Shown in pieces: positions 1 through 7,471 of a stretch of DNA of 32,166 bases. The stretch is from the IMG/VR virus record IMGVR_UViG_3300021963_000428, positions 1 through 32,166 of that record; one strand, 5' to 3'. How positions within the stretch are numbered: the first letter of the stretch is position 1; every line of letters begins with the position of its first letter. Below the pieces are notes generated by a model. The model searched no databases, was not told the origin of the DNA, and saw only the letters and a list, made by a program, of their open reading frames with translations. The position numbers and the translations under genes are program-made. The DNA comes from a virus.

Positions 1-508
1 CTGCCCATTGATTTAGGTTGTTAGTCTCCCAGAACCAGCAAGCTGATTGGGCGGCACCCTCAAATGTAGACATATACTGACTAGCCTCTTCTGGGCTAAT
101 GTTTATAGACTCTGCAAACCAAAAATAATTATCTTTACCTGTTAACTGGATTAGACCTCTACCAGAGTATCTATATCCGTCTCCTGAAGCCTCATCCCCA
201 TTACCCATACGATTAGCATAGACTTTATTAGCAATAGCTTCAGGTTTCTGAGCAAATTGTTTAGCCAATTCATCTGTAGGGAAATACTTAGGGAAGATTT
301 TACGGAGTGTCTCCCAACGATAGTTGAGATTTTCTTTAATTGTTGTAAACTCACCTGATTCATGGGCGCATTGTGCTACAAAGGCTGCAATACGTCTCTC
401 ATTATCAATACCATAGTCTGGGAGTAATTGTTTTAAAGCACCATGCCAATATTCCACATGTTTATTCCGTGGAATTAGTTGTCTTAGTTGATCTAGTGAT
501 AGGTTCAT
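1..508 (-). CDS. Endolysin, glycoside hydrolase family 19 (chitinase/lysozyme-like), 3' end cut by the window edge
   Basis: My translation from ATG at 508: MNLSLDQLRQLIPRNKHVEYWHGALKQLLPDYGIDNERRIAAFVAQCAHESGEF...GDGYRYSGRGLIQLTGKDNYFWFAESI...; contains the HESGEF and YxGRGLIQLTGxxNY signatures of GH19 endolysins. Start overlaps the upstream stop (ATGA). Absent from the ORF track because it is truncated. Confidence 0.9.
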   Translation of the reverse strand, partial: MNLSLDQLRQLIPRNKHVEYWHGALKQLLPDYGIDNERRIAAFVAQCAHESGEFTTIKENLNYRWETLRKIFPKYFPTDELAKQFAQKPEAIANKVYANRMGNGDEASGDGYRYSGRGLIQLTGKDNYFWFAESINISPEEASQYMSTFEGAAQSACWFWETNNLNQWA

Positions 509-768
509 TTAAGTGCCTCAAAAAGTTTCTTTTGTTCAGTATACCACTCATTCCAGGCCTCTACACGATTAGCGCATAAGTGATACTCTGAATAGTTAGT
601 GATAATAGTCTTTGTAAGTTCTGATAGCTCAGGCTTCTCATCTGCTGACTTTAGCTTAGGGCAGAGAGTAGTTAACTCTTTAGGTGCTAAAGGAAACTTA
701 GCTACTACAGGTACTACAGTAGAGCATCCTGTTAGTGTTAACAATAGAATAGCTAGTAGGTATTTCAT
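505..768 (-). CDS. Rz1-like outer-membrane spanin lipoprotein (o-spanin)
   Basis: Short ORF with signal peptide and lipobox (MKYLLAILLLTLTGCS); adjacent to an Rz-like ORF and the endolysin. Confidence 0.7.
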   Translation of the reverse strand: MKYLLAILLLTLTGCSTVVPVVAKFPLAPKELTTLCPKLKSADEKPELSELTKTIITNYSEYHLCANRVEAWNEWYTEQKKLFEALK

Positions 769-1154
769 TGTGTAACTGCCTTATTATGTATTGTAATAAC
801 CTCTGGAGGAATCTTACATTGATCATTGTATTTAACAATCTCACGATCAACATACTGGATTTGAACTTCAGCAGCTTCCTTAACAATCTTTTCTTTTGTT
901 AATACTTTAGTTACTATTTTAGTATTTACAATTTCTTTCTTAGCATCTAACTCAACTATTTTCTTTTCAAGTTGAATAACTCTGTCTTGCCATATTTTAT
1001 CAGCAGTCTTAAATCCAATAAGGAATAATGATAAGAAAATTACTCCGACAGCAATAGGCCTGTATACTTCAAACTCTTTGATAAGCCATCCAAATAACCC
1101 TATCATTAGAGTTATAAACAATAGCCAAGTAGGTATATAGTTTAGTATAAACAT
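765..1154 (-). CDS. Rz-like inner-membrane spanin (i-spanin)
   Basis: Internal start MFILNYIPTWLLF preferred, since the listed 1208 start lies inside a tRNA-like gene; N-terminal TM segments followed by a charged coiled-coil; overlaps the o-spanin ORF by 4 nt. Confidence 0.6.
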   Translation of the reverse strand: MFILNYIPTWLLFITLMIGLFGWLIKEFEVYRPIAVGVIFLSLFLIGFKTADKIWQDRVIQLEKKIVELDAKKEIVNTKIVTKVLTKEKIVKEAAEVQIQYVDREIVKYNDQCKIPPEVITIHNKAVTQ

Positions 1155-1170
1155 TTTATTCCTTAAAAGA

Positions 1171-1242
1171 AGAGCGATAGTGGGACTCGAACTCACATTC
1201 CGAAGCAATTAAATCCTCGATTCTACCTATTAAATTATATCG
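1171..1242 (-). tRNA. tRNA-like gene, identity uncertain (best fold gives anticodon UAA)
   Basis: Reverse complement folds as AGCGATA/TATCGCT acceptor, ATTT/GAAT D stem, GTGAG-TTCGAGT-CCCAC T arm; the anticodon arm is imperfect. Confidence 0.7.
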
Positions 1243-1288
1243 CTCTAGTGACGCCTTTTACTGTAGCGACAACAGCCCTAAGGTGGGT

Positions 1289-1717
1289 TCATTTAAAACC
1301 ATGAGATTCGCCATATGTGAGGTCATAGTTGAATGTTAGTTCTTCATCCTTGTTAATAGTCTTAATAGAGATAAAATCACCTGCTTCATTTAATGCCATA
1401 TTAGGCTCAAATGAGTGATTCAGATATCTTAATAAGCTAACATAATTAAAGCCTAATCTAGGTACAAATACCCGATTATTATCAGTATAGCAATATTTAT
1501 TTACTGTTGGTATTAACCATTCAGGTATCTTTTGTATATCTACAATAACCTCATGATATGAGTCGTTATCAATATCAGGATTGCTAAATGGATTAATACT
1601 AAAAGGTATATCCCTAATAGCAAATACACCTATGCCTTGTATATTAGAAGGTCTTAACTCACAGTATACATTATCAAGATGATTGATAACTTCTGGAGTA
1701 TTTATAATTGTATTCAT
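1289..1717 (-). CDS. SET-domain protein (putative lysine methyltransferase)
   Basis: MNTIINTPEV...CELRPSNIQGIGVFAIRDIP...LLRYLNHSFEPNMALN...ISIKTINKDEELTFNYDL matches SET motifs GxGxFAxRDI, (R/Y)xxNHSxxPN and EExTxxYD. The listed ORF start (1855) runs through the Gly tRNA, so an internal ATG at 1717 (or 1756) is more likely. Confidence 0.8.
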   Translation of the reverse strand: MNTIINTPEVINHLDNVYCELRPSNIQGIGVFAIRDIPFSINPFSNPDIDNDSYHEVIVDIQKIPEWLIPTVNKYCYTDNNRVFVPRLGFNYVSLLRYLNHSFEPNMALNEAGDFISIKTINKDEELTFNYDLTYGESHGFK

Positions 1718-1785
1718 ATTATTAACTTGGATGAGAAATAACGCTGAATATCTCATGAACTTAATCACTTGACTATCAGAAGGTT

Positions 1786-1861
1786 TGGAGCGGATACTCG
1801 GATTCGAACCGAGACCCCTAGCTTGGAAGGCTATGATGCTAGCCGTTAACACCATATCCGC
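1786..1861 (-). tRNA. tRNA-Gly(TCC), CCA encoded
   Basis: GCGGATA/TATCCGC acceptor, CTTCCAA anticodon loop, TTCGAAT T loop, discriminator T followed by encoded CCA; 76 nt. Confidence 0.9.
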
Positions 1862-1865
1862 TTAT

Positions 1866-1941
1866 TGGTTGCGAAGGAAGGACTCGCACCTCCGACCTCT
1901 GGGGTATGAACCCAGCGCTCTTCTAACTGAGCTACCTCGCC
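1866..1941 (-). tRNA. tRNA-Met(CAT), CCA encoded (could also be an Ile2 tRNA with lysidine)
   Basis: GGCGAGG.. acceptor, GCTC/GAGC D stem, CTGGG-TTCATAC-CCCAG anticodon arm, GGAGG-TGCGAGT-CCTTC T arm, ACCA 3' end; 76 nt. Confidence 0.88.
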
Positions 1942-2231
1942 TATTTAAATTTATTTGTCCACTTAACTACCCATGCCCAGTAAGCAGCACTCATTCTGCC
2001 CTTCTGGATATCAGCTTTATGTCTAGCATAGAAAGCTTCTCTACGTGACTGATAGGAGTCGGACTCACCATCTTTTGGAGGAGAGCCTGTAACACCTTGA
2101 GCACCAAAGCGGATTAGCTTGATAGTGTCACCTTCTTTAGCTAATACGGCATGAGAATTAGTAGAATTACCTGGGGTTTTCTTTGGCTTATTATAGCCTT
2201 CAAAAGTTTCACCACGATAATCAATAGCCAT
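1941..2231 (-). CDS. Conserved phage protein of unknown function
   Basis: 96-aa ORF with IKLIRFGAQGV...SRREAFYARHKAD...AAYWAWVVKW, a pattern seen in a widespread small phage protein family. Confidence 0.6.
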   Translation of the reverse strand: MAIDYRGETFEGYNKPKKTPGNSTNSHAVLAKEGDTIKLIRFGAQGVTGSPPKDGESDSYQSRREAFYARHKADIQKGRMSAAYWAWVVKWTNKFK

Positions 2232-2280
2232 GGTTACTTACCTTTAGGTTTAGGTGGTTTTTTCTTTTTATCGTTGTACA

Positions 2281-2499
2281 TTATTTTTTCTCCTTTTGAG
2301 GATATAAAATATCTGATTGTTTATCAAAACAATATTTTGTAATAGTTGTTGTGTTATCTACTACCATTTTAGCCCAAGCTGTTTGAGCATCAATAAAGTC
2401 ATTAGCTACTTTATTTAGGGTAGGATCAGTAATGACCTTGTTAGTAAAGTCATGCTTGAGACTCTGAAAAGAGTTAATATAAAATTGGGGTGTAAACAT
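2281..2499 (-). CDS. Hypothetical protein
   Basis: 72-aa ORF in the collinear minus-strand cluster directly after terminase. Confidence 0.5.
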   Translation of the reverse strand: MFTPQFYINSFQSLKHDFTNKVITDPTLNKVANDFIDAQTAWAKMVVDNTTTITKYCFDKQSDILYPQKEKK

Positions 2500-2508
2500 A
2501 TAGTTCCT

Positions 2509-3834
2509 TTAAAACATAAAGCCTTTAGTGACTGTCTTAGTACCTGAACGAACAGGAAATAAGTATTCAACAGCATAACGAAGAGCATCTGTCCAATGTT
2601 CTATGTTTTCAGATTTAGATATCTGTGCTGTGTTTGGATTATTTTCAACCCATACAGTTCTTTCTAAAGAGCGTATTGTGTGTTCTGCTCTTGGATGAAT
2701 ATACATATCTATATCACCATTAGCATTCTTAAACTTACGATTAACAGCAGCTACAGAGTCAACAATAGGAGGAGCAGCTCTATGTGCTCTACAGACAATA
2801 CCATAGCTCTCTAAGATAGAGAAGTCAGTAGCTCCTGCAACAGCACTAGTCTTTCTAGCACGTCCTGCAGGGTCTGGATAAGCAAATATCCTGTGTCCCT
2901 TGTCCTTGAATTGTGTCTTAAGCTTTTTAGCTAATTGTTCGGTATCGAGTACATTTTGCATGTCTTCTAGGATATGAATCTGTCCAGCTCTAACAGCAAA
3001 GACTACAGCCGCCATAATACCAATGTTAAAGTCGATAGCCACATGGACATCTTCTTTGTTTGCTGTCTCTATATTGAAATAAGGAAGATCAGCAGTAACA
3101 TGAGTTCTACGATCAAACATGTAGAATACCTTAGCACCAGAGTCTTCAAAGGAACACTCATACTCTCTAGCAAACTTCATAGGATCGATTAAACGCTTAG
3201 TCCTCTCGATCTCTTGTACAGATAAAAATGGAGAGTCTCGGTAGGTGTACCTAAAGGTCTTCCAGCGGCTATCCATTGTCTCAAAGTTAGTCATGTCATA
3301 AAAGTAGTTCATACCTTTAGGAGTACCAATAATGAGAGCCTTATGGTTGCCTGCCCAACGTGTAGTCATAGCAGGCTGAATGATAGATTCCCAAGACTCT
3401 TTAAGTCCTGGCTGACCAGTCCAATCAGAGACCTCATCTCCAACAACAAAGTATTGACCTGATCCTCGCATCCTCTCAGATGCTTCATAAGACCATAACT
3501 TAAGCTTAACATTATTTGGAAACCAGAATGTTCCAGCTGTCTGGGAAGACTTTTCAGCATAGTCCTCTAGACCTAAGTTATAGGCTAACAGTGGCCAATA
3601 AATATCTAATGACTGTTGATATGTAGGACAGATGATCGAAACATTCTTGTTAGGAACATCTTCGTCCATATCCAGTAGCTCATGCACAGCCATTGTAGCT
3701 GCAACACTAGCAAGGTAACTTTTACCAAATCCTCGTGAGGCGACTGTAGCAGCATATCTTGTGCCACCCTTCTCAGAGAACAAATACTTTAATACTTCAG
3801 ACTGACCTCGATGTAATTTAATTTCATTTGACAT
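2509..3834 (-). CDS. Terminase large subunit
   Basis: 441 aa; Walker A-like VASRGFGKSYLAS, acidic YFVVGDEVSDW segment, nuclease-like HVAIDFNIG and HWTDALRYAVEYL. Confidence 0.92.
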   Translation of the reverse strand: MSNEIKLHRGQSEVLKYLFSEKGGTRYAATVASRGFGKSYLASVAATMAVHELLDMDEDVPNKNVSIICPTYQQSLDIYWPLLAYNLGLEDYAEKSSQTAGTFWFPNNVKLKLWSYEASERMRGSGQYFVVGDEVSDWTGQPGLKESWESIIQPAMTTRWAGNHKALIIGTPKGMNYFYDMTNFETMDSRWKTFRYTYRDSPFLSVQEIERTKRLIDPMKFAREYECSFEDSGAKVFYMFDRRTHVTADLPYFNIETANKEDVHVAIDFNIGIMAAVVFAVRAGQIHILEDMQNVLDTEQLAKKLKTQFKDKGHRIFAYPDPAGRARKTSAVAGATDFSILESYGIVCRAHRAAPPIVDSVAAVNRKFKNANGDIDMYIHPRAEHTIRSLERTVWVENNPNTAQISKSENIEHWTDALRYAVEYLFPVRSGTKTVTKGFMF

Positions 3835-4038
3835 TTAAACGTATAGATCTACATTATCTTTGGTTAGAACACTCTTACGAGTTCTTGAGTTAATTTCTTC
3901 AAGTTTCCTATAAAACTCAGCTAAGTCTGCTCTAGCTTGGAGACCTTCTCGAAATACTTTGTCAGAAGCTTCCTTAAGTGCATTGTATTGTTCTTGGTAC
4001 TTCGTCATGCTGTATTCAGCCGTAGGTGTAATTCTCAT
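3835..4038 (-). CDS. Hypothetical protein
   Basis: 67-aa ORF between the two terminase genes. Confidence 0.5.
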   Translation of the reverse strand: MRITPTAEYSMTKYQEQYNALKEASDKVFREGLQARADLAEFYRKLEEINSRTRKSVLTKDNVDLYV

Positions 4039-4104
4039 AGTAATCCTTTTATAACGTATACTTTTTACATCAAAATTATTCTTTTTATTTGTATGTATAC
4101 TTAA

Positions 4105-4488
4105 TTATTCATTTGTAAAGACAATCTTAAGTGGCTTCTTGTCCTCAATTACCTGTTCGCTCTTCTCAGGAACCTGTCTGTAGCCATATCTCATCAGCGT
4201 ATTCATGACATTCGTCTGGATGCTCAAGAGATTCGCCAGAGCAATTGCTGAGTACTTAGTCTCGCCACTCTCCATATCGTTTATCTTATTCTGCACCTTG
4301 TAGTAGTGATCTACAAGCTTCTCAATAGGATCAAAACCTAATGTTTGAAGTTTCTTTACAGACTCTTTAGAGTAAATCGTGGTAGTCCCTTTAGGGCGAC
4401 CCTGTCCAGGTCTAAAACCAGCACGGGTTCTCTCTGATACATTTGGATCTTGGACTACCTCTTTATTTTCAGAGGTATCATTAGTCAT
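4105..4488 (-). CDS. Putative terminase small subunit
   Basis: 127-aa basic/helical protein with GRPKGTT motif, located just upstream of the large terminase. Confidence 0.6.
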   Translation of the reverse strand: MTNDTSENKEVVQDPNVSERTRAGFRPGQGRPKGTTTIYSKESVKKLQTLGFDPIEKLVDHYYKVQNKINDMESGETKYSAIALANLLSIQTNVMNTLMRYGYRQVPEKSEQVIEDKKPLKIVFTNE

Positions 4489-4490
4489 TG

Positions 4491-4775
4491 TTAGCCTTTG
4501 TTTGTTGTTCTGCGAGTTGTCTTGGCAGGAGCCTTTACAACAGGAGTAATATTGTTCTTATGTAGTTGAATCTTTAAGTCAGAGATCATAGTTAACAACT
4601 CTTCTCTATCTCTCAAGAGCCTATCAACCTTGCTCTCTAGTTTCTTTACCTCGGACATCAATAGCTCAGTAAGCTGATCATGGGCCTGTTGTCGTTGTTT
4701 ATCTTTATTATGCAAGTAAGTCCAGAAGGCACCAGTACTTAACACAACAATAGCTACTTGTAGAATTGAATCCAT
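4491..4775 (-). CDS. Membrane-anchored coiled-coil protein (possible holin/spanin-region protein)
   Basis: N-terminal TM (ILQVAIVVLSTGAFWTYL), then a long charged coiled coil; adjacent to small terminase. Confidence 0.5.
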   Translation of the reverse strand: MDSILQVAIVVLSTGAFWTYLHNKDKQRQQAHDQLTELLMSEVKKLESKVDRLLRDREELLTMISDLKIQLHKNNITPVVKAPAKTTRRTTNKG

Positions 4776-5025
4776 TTTAATTCCTTTTATTAGTTTCTTA
4801 ACCCTGTTTCCTGGGATGCACCTTCTACTGTTTTTCAGTAGTGCATCAACACAAGTCCCACAGAGACGAATATTTAAATAATATTTTAAAAAGTACTTTT
4901 AGAAATAATCTTTATAATATTATTTTATTAATAATAACAACGATAATAACGATAGTATTAATGCTACCGCTATAAGGTTACTCCTTTAATATTAACCCCC
5001 TATATCCCCCTTTGTAGGGTTTCTT

Positions 5026-5044
5026 CTTTAGCGTCACCTGGTAG
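5026..5044 (-). promoter_or_regulatory. Putative phage RNAP promoter A (SP6-like)
   Basis: Minus strand CTACCAGGTGACGCTAAAG, followed by AAGAAACCC; shares AGGTGAC-x-CTAxAGAAG with the SP6 promoter; just downstream of an intrinsic terminator. Confidence 0.8.
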
Positions 5045-5068
5045 TTTTTGACAAAAAAAAAAAGAAAT

Positions 5069-5128
5069 ACCCTCCAGAGTACCCCTCAACCACCCCCGAA
5101 GGAGCAGTCAAAGAGTACCCTGGAGGGT
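5069..5128 (-). terminator. Intrinsic terminator with long imperfect stem
   Basis: ACCCTCCAGGGTACTC ... GGGTACTCTGGAGGGT (14 of 16 pairs), followed on the minus strand by ATTTCTTTTTTTTTTTG. Confidence 0.85.
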
Positions 5129-5141
5129 GGTTTTGCTAAAG

Positions 5142-5630
5142 TCAAGCCTTAGCATAAAATATATGGTTTCCAATCTGAGCAGTCTTTAGTACAGTCTTAG
5201 CCCATTGTGGATTAACTCTGGAAGCGTGATAGAACACTGCTCCCTTAGTGGGATCTTTGTAGAGTCCCTTCAAGTATGCTGAAGCAATAGCTCTAGCAGT
5301 TTTGAATTGTTCGTTTTCTCTAGGTAAATGTTTACTTATTAGTAACTCTTTAACCCATGAGAATTGGTATGGTTGATATACAACCTGACATATTGAGGAA
5401 GGATAACCCTTAGTCAATACTCTATTTACAGTTACAGCGGCTACTGCAATCTGACCTTGGAGGGACTCTCCTCTAGCTTCGTGATAGATATTACGGGCTA
5501 GACAATCAATCTCAGTAGACTTATTGACTACCGAGAGAGGTTTAGGATCTAAGTTTAAGTACTGTGACTCAACTTTATCCAATGCACTGAAGGGTATTAA
5601 ACCCAGCGTGAAAATGGCTAAAAGTCTCAT
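5142..5630 (-). CDS. SleB/CwlJ-type cell wall hydrolase with signal sequence
   Basis: N-terminal hydrophobic leader; CLARNIYHEARGESLQGQIAVAAVTVNRV...FSWV...FYHASRVNPQW matches the Hydrolase_2 (SleB) family. Confidence 0.88.
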   Translation of the reverse strand: MRLLAIFTLGLIPFSALDKVESQYLNLDPKPLSVVNKSTEIDCLARNIYHEARGESLQGQIAVAAVTVNRVLTKGYPSSICQVVYQPYQFSWVKELLISKHLPRENEQFKTARAIASAYLKGLYKDPTKGAVFYHASRVNPQWAKTVLKTAQIGNHIFYAKA

Positions 5631-5647
5631 TTTTGTTACCTTTCTCT

Positions 5648-5666
5648 CTTTAGCGTCCCCTGGTAG
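5648..5666 (-). promoter_or_regulatory. Putative phage RNAP promoter B (SP6-like)
   Basis: Minus strand CTACCAGGGGACGCTAAAG then AGAGAAAGG; one mismatch to promoter A over 19 nt; immediately upstream of the SleB-like gene. Confidence 0.8.
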
Positions 5667-5668
5667 TT

Positions 5669-5890
5669 TTAGCTGATAAATACTGCCTTTTCTTGCTTGT
5701 TAAATGGGAAGTTATTGTTAGGGAGCACTAACTCATGAGGACCATAGTACCACTCTTCGTTTACATCTAGAGCAATAGTACAGTCACCTGTTCCAGTAAT
5801 CTCAGTAACTCCTCCTTCGTAACCTGCCTTAACGACGATTACTTCAGGGTTTAGCTTACTCAGCTGTTCAATTAACTCTTTAACTTTCAT
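5669..5890 (-). CDS. Hypothetical protein
   Basis: 73-aa ORF MKVKELIEQLSKLNPEVIVVKAGYEGG..., a common small phage protein pattern. Confidence 0.6.
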   Translation of the reverse strand: MKVKELIEQLSKLNPEVIVVKAGYEGGVTEITGTGDCTIALDVNEEWYYGPHELVLPNNNFPFNKQEKAVFIS

Positions 5891-5902
5891 ATTTATCCTT
5901 AG

Positions 5903-6082
5903 TTACAGTTTATGTCTAAGTAATTCTCGACATTTATTACGTTCTTCAGGGGTAAAGTCAGGACTTATCTCAGCAATAGAACAATCCTTTCTTGCCTGAT
6001 AAGAAGGGTCTGTTATTGCTGAATGAATAATACCACCACAAACTATTACAATAATAACAAAATAAAGAAAATAAACTTTCAT
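5903..6082 (-). CDS. Small membrane/secreted protein (59 aa), missing from the ORF track
   Basis: My translation: MKVYFLYFVIIVIVCGGIIHSAITDPSYQARKDCSIAEISPDFTPEERNKCRELLRHKL*. Start overlaps the upstream stop (ATGA). Confidence 0.6.
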   Translation of the reverse strand: MKVYFLYFVIIVIVCGGIIHSAITDPSYQARKDCSIAEISPDFTPEERNKCRELLRHKL

Positions 6083-6282
6083 GTGTTCTTCTCCTTGAGT
6101 TTAGCTTGTATTTTTTGAAAAGCTACAAGATAGTTACCACGCTCTGCAATTTGACATGCTTCAAGAAAGTCCTGATCACTCAATCCAATCCAGTCTTTTC
6201 TTACAACCTCTACAGTTGGATCCTTGCTTCTGTGGTCATGCCAAGAACAACCCATAAGAAAACAATCTTGATCAATTTTCAT
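6079..6282 (-). CDS. Hypothetical protein
   Basis: 67-aa ORF, tightly packed with neighbours. Confidence 0.5.
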   Translation of the reverse strand: MKIDQDCFLMGCSWHDHRSKDPTVEVVRKDWIGLSDQDFLEACQIAERGNYLVAFQKIQAKLKEKNT

Positions 6283-6457
6283 AATCCAATCCTAATTCTT
6301 TAGCATTCTCAGCTTTCTTCTCTAAAGCATCCTGAGTTTTATCAAAGGCAAAGTCACGTTCTTTGTCACCTTTATCACGACCAAAGATCAAATCCCACCT
6401 AGCTTCATACTGTTCTTGAGCCACACTAAATGGCCTTGGTGTAGATCCTTTACTCAT
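6272..6457 (-). CDS. Hypothetical protein
   Basis: Start at MSKGSTPRPFSVAQEQYEARWDLIFG likely; collinear. Confidence 0.55.
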   Translation of the reverse strand: MSKGSTPRPFSVAQEQYEARWDLIFGRDKGDKERDFAFDKTQDALEKKAENAKELGLDYEN

Positions 6458-6459
6458 AT

Positions 6460-6963
6460 TCAATCCCATAATGCTTGATAATATTTGCCGAATAGCCTGA
6501 ATCCATTTTGAATTCTAGCCTCATGCTTTTCTAAACCTTCCATGTCTATTTTGAAGGTATCGTTTGGACCTTTAACCATTTCAACATGGAATGGCGGATT
6601 AGCTGACTTAATAAACTCTAAATCATGATCACCTGAATAAAATGGAGCATCATGATCAATGTCAATTTTAGTACTAAATGCCCAGATCATTTCATCTAAG
6701 ATATAATCCCAGCGAAGGAACCAATTATCATCAGTATCCCAAGTGTTCTTTTTTGGTGGAGCACTAGTACTCCTAAGAGGCTCAGGAACATCTTCGTCAT
6801 CTATGTTAGGGCTTCCATGCTTCTTACTTTTTAGCAAGATAAGAGCAGGATGAATAATATAAGCTAACGTATGGTCTAAACTCCATACATCATAGTTATC
6901 AATTACTACATCGATTTCTCGATCTAACTCATCATCTCGATACTCACCGATCAACACTTTCAT
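6460..6963 (-). CDS. Conserved phage hypothetical protein
   Basis: 167-aa ORF: ...NWFLRWDYILDEMIWAFSTK... followed by metallophosphatase. Confidence 0.65.
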   Translation of the reverse strand: MKVLIGEYRDDELDREIDVVIDNYDVWSLDHTLAYIIHPALILLKSKKHGSPNIDDEDVPEPLRSTSAPPKKNTWDTDDNWFLRWDYILDEMIWAFSTKIDIDHDAPFYSGDHDLEFIKSANPPFHVEMVKGPNDTFKIDMEGLEKHEARIQNGFRLFGKYYQALWD

Positions 6964-7471
6964 AATAACTCCTTATATTTTCTAATGCAATTGGTGTATA
7001 GTTTGTTTGTTCAACTGAGACAGGCAAATACCAAGGGTCTTTATTTCCAGCCTCATCTAACACAAAATTAGAATGTGTGTGACCATGAACGTTACCTTTG
7101 AATCTCTGCTTACTACCTGAATGAATTGGTATATGACTAAATATTAATCGATCCATAACGTGATATGCACGAATGTCTCTGAAGTATTTAGCATAGTCAC
7201 CTAACCTATAGATATCGTGGTTACCTTTGATAAGAACTTTATCACCATTTAATTGGGCAAGTACATCAAGAGACTTCTTGCTGATTGCTATGTCTCCTAG
7301 GTGATAAATCTTATCATGAGGTCTAACTACATTATTCCAATTTTTAATTAGTGCAGCATCCATCTCTTCTACAGCATCCCAAGGGCGAAGTTTAGTACCA
7401 TCGTTTTTGAGAAATGTAAGAATATTTGCATGACCAAAGTGTGTGTCTGAGGTTACAAATACATTAGGCAT
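6944..7471 (-). CDS. Calcineurin-like metallophosphoesterase
   Basis: SDTHFGHANI, HLGDIA, KGNHD, FSHIPIH, NVHGHTHS motifs. Confidence 0.9.
   Translation of the reverse strand: MPNVFVTSDTHFGHANILTFLKNDGTKLRPWDAVEEMDAALIKNWNNVVRPHDKIYHLGDIAISKKSLDVLAQLNGDKVLIKGNHDIYRLGDYAKYFRDIRAYHVMDRLIFSHIPIHSGSKQRFKGNVHGHTHSNFVLDEAGNKDPWYLPVSVEQTNYTPIALENIRSYYESVDR

Noticed and set aside
151-363. Track ORF of 70 aa on the minus strand
   Set aside because: It is an out-of-frame reading inside the GH19 endolysin, which has clear family motifs in another frame.
373-579. Plus-strand ORFs across the window (e.g. 373-579, 1785-2048, 15562-15750, 24247-24477)
   Set aside because: All lie opposite well-supported minus-strand genes or tRNAs and show no recognisable motifs; the module is unidirectional.
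2122-2133. AGGTGACACTAT on the minus strand, 12 consecutive bases identical to the SP6 promoter
   Set aside because: It lies inside the coding sequence EGDTIKL, lacks the TAG +1 region (reads CTATCAAG) and differs from this phage's own GACGCTAAAG consensus; probably chance, though transcript mapping would settle it.
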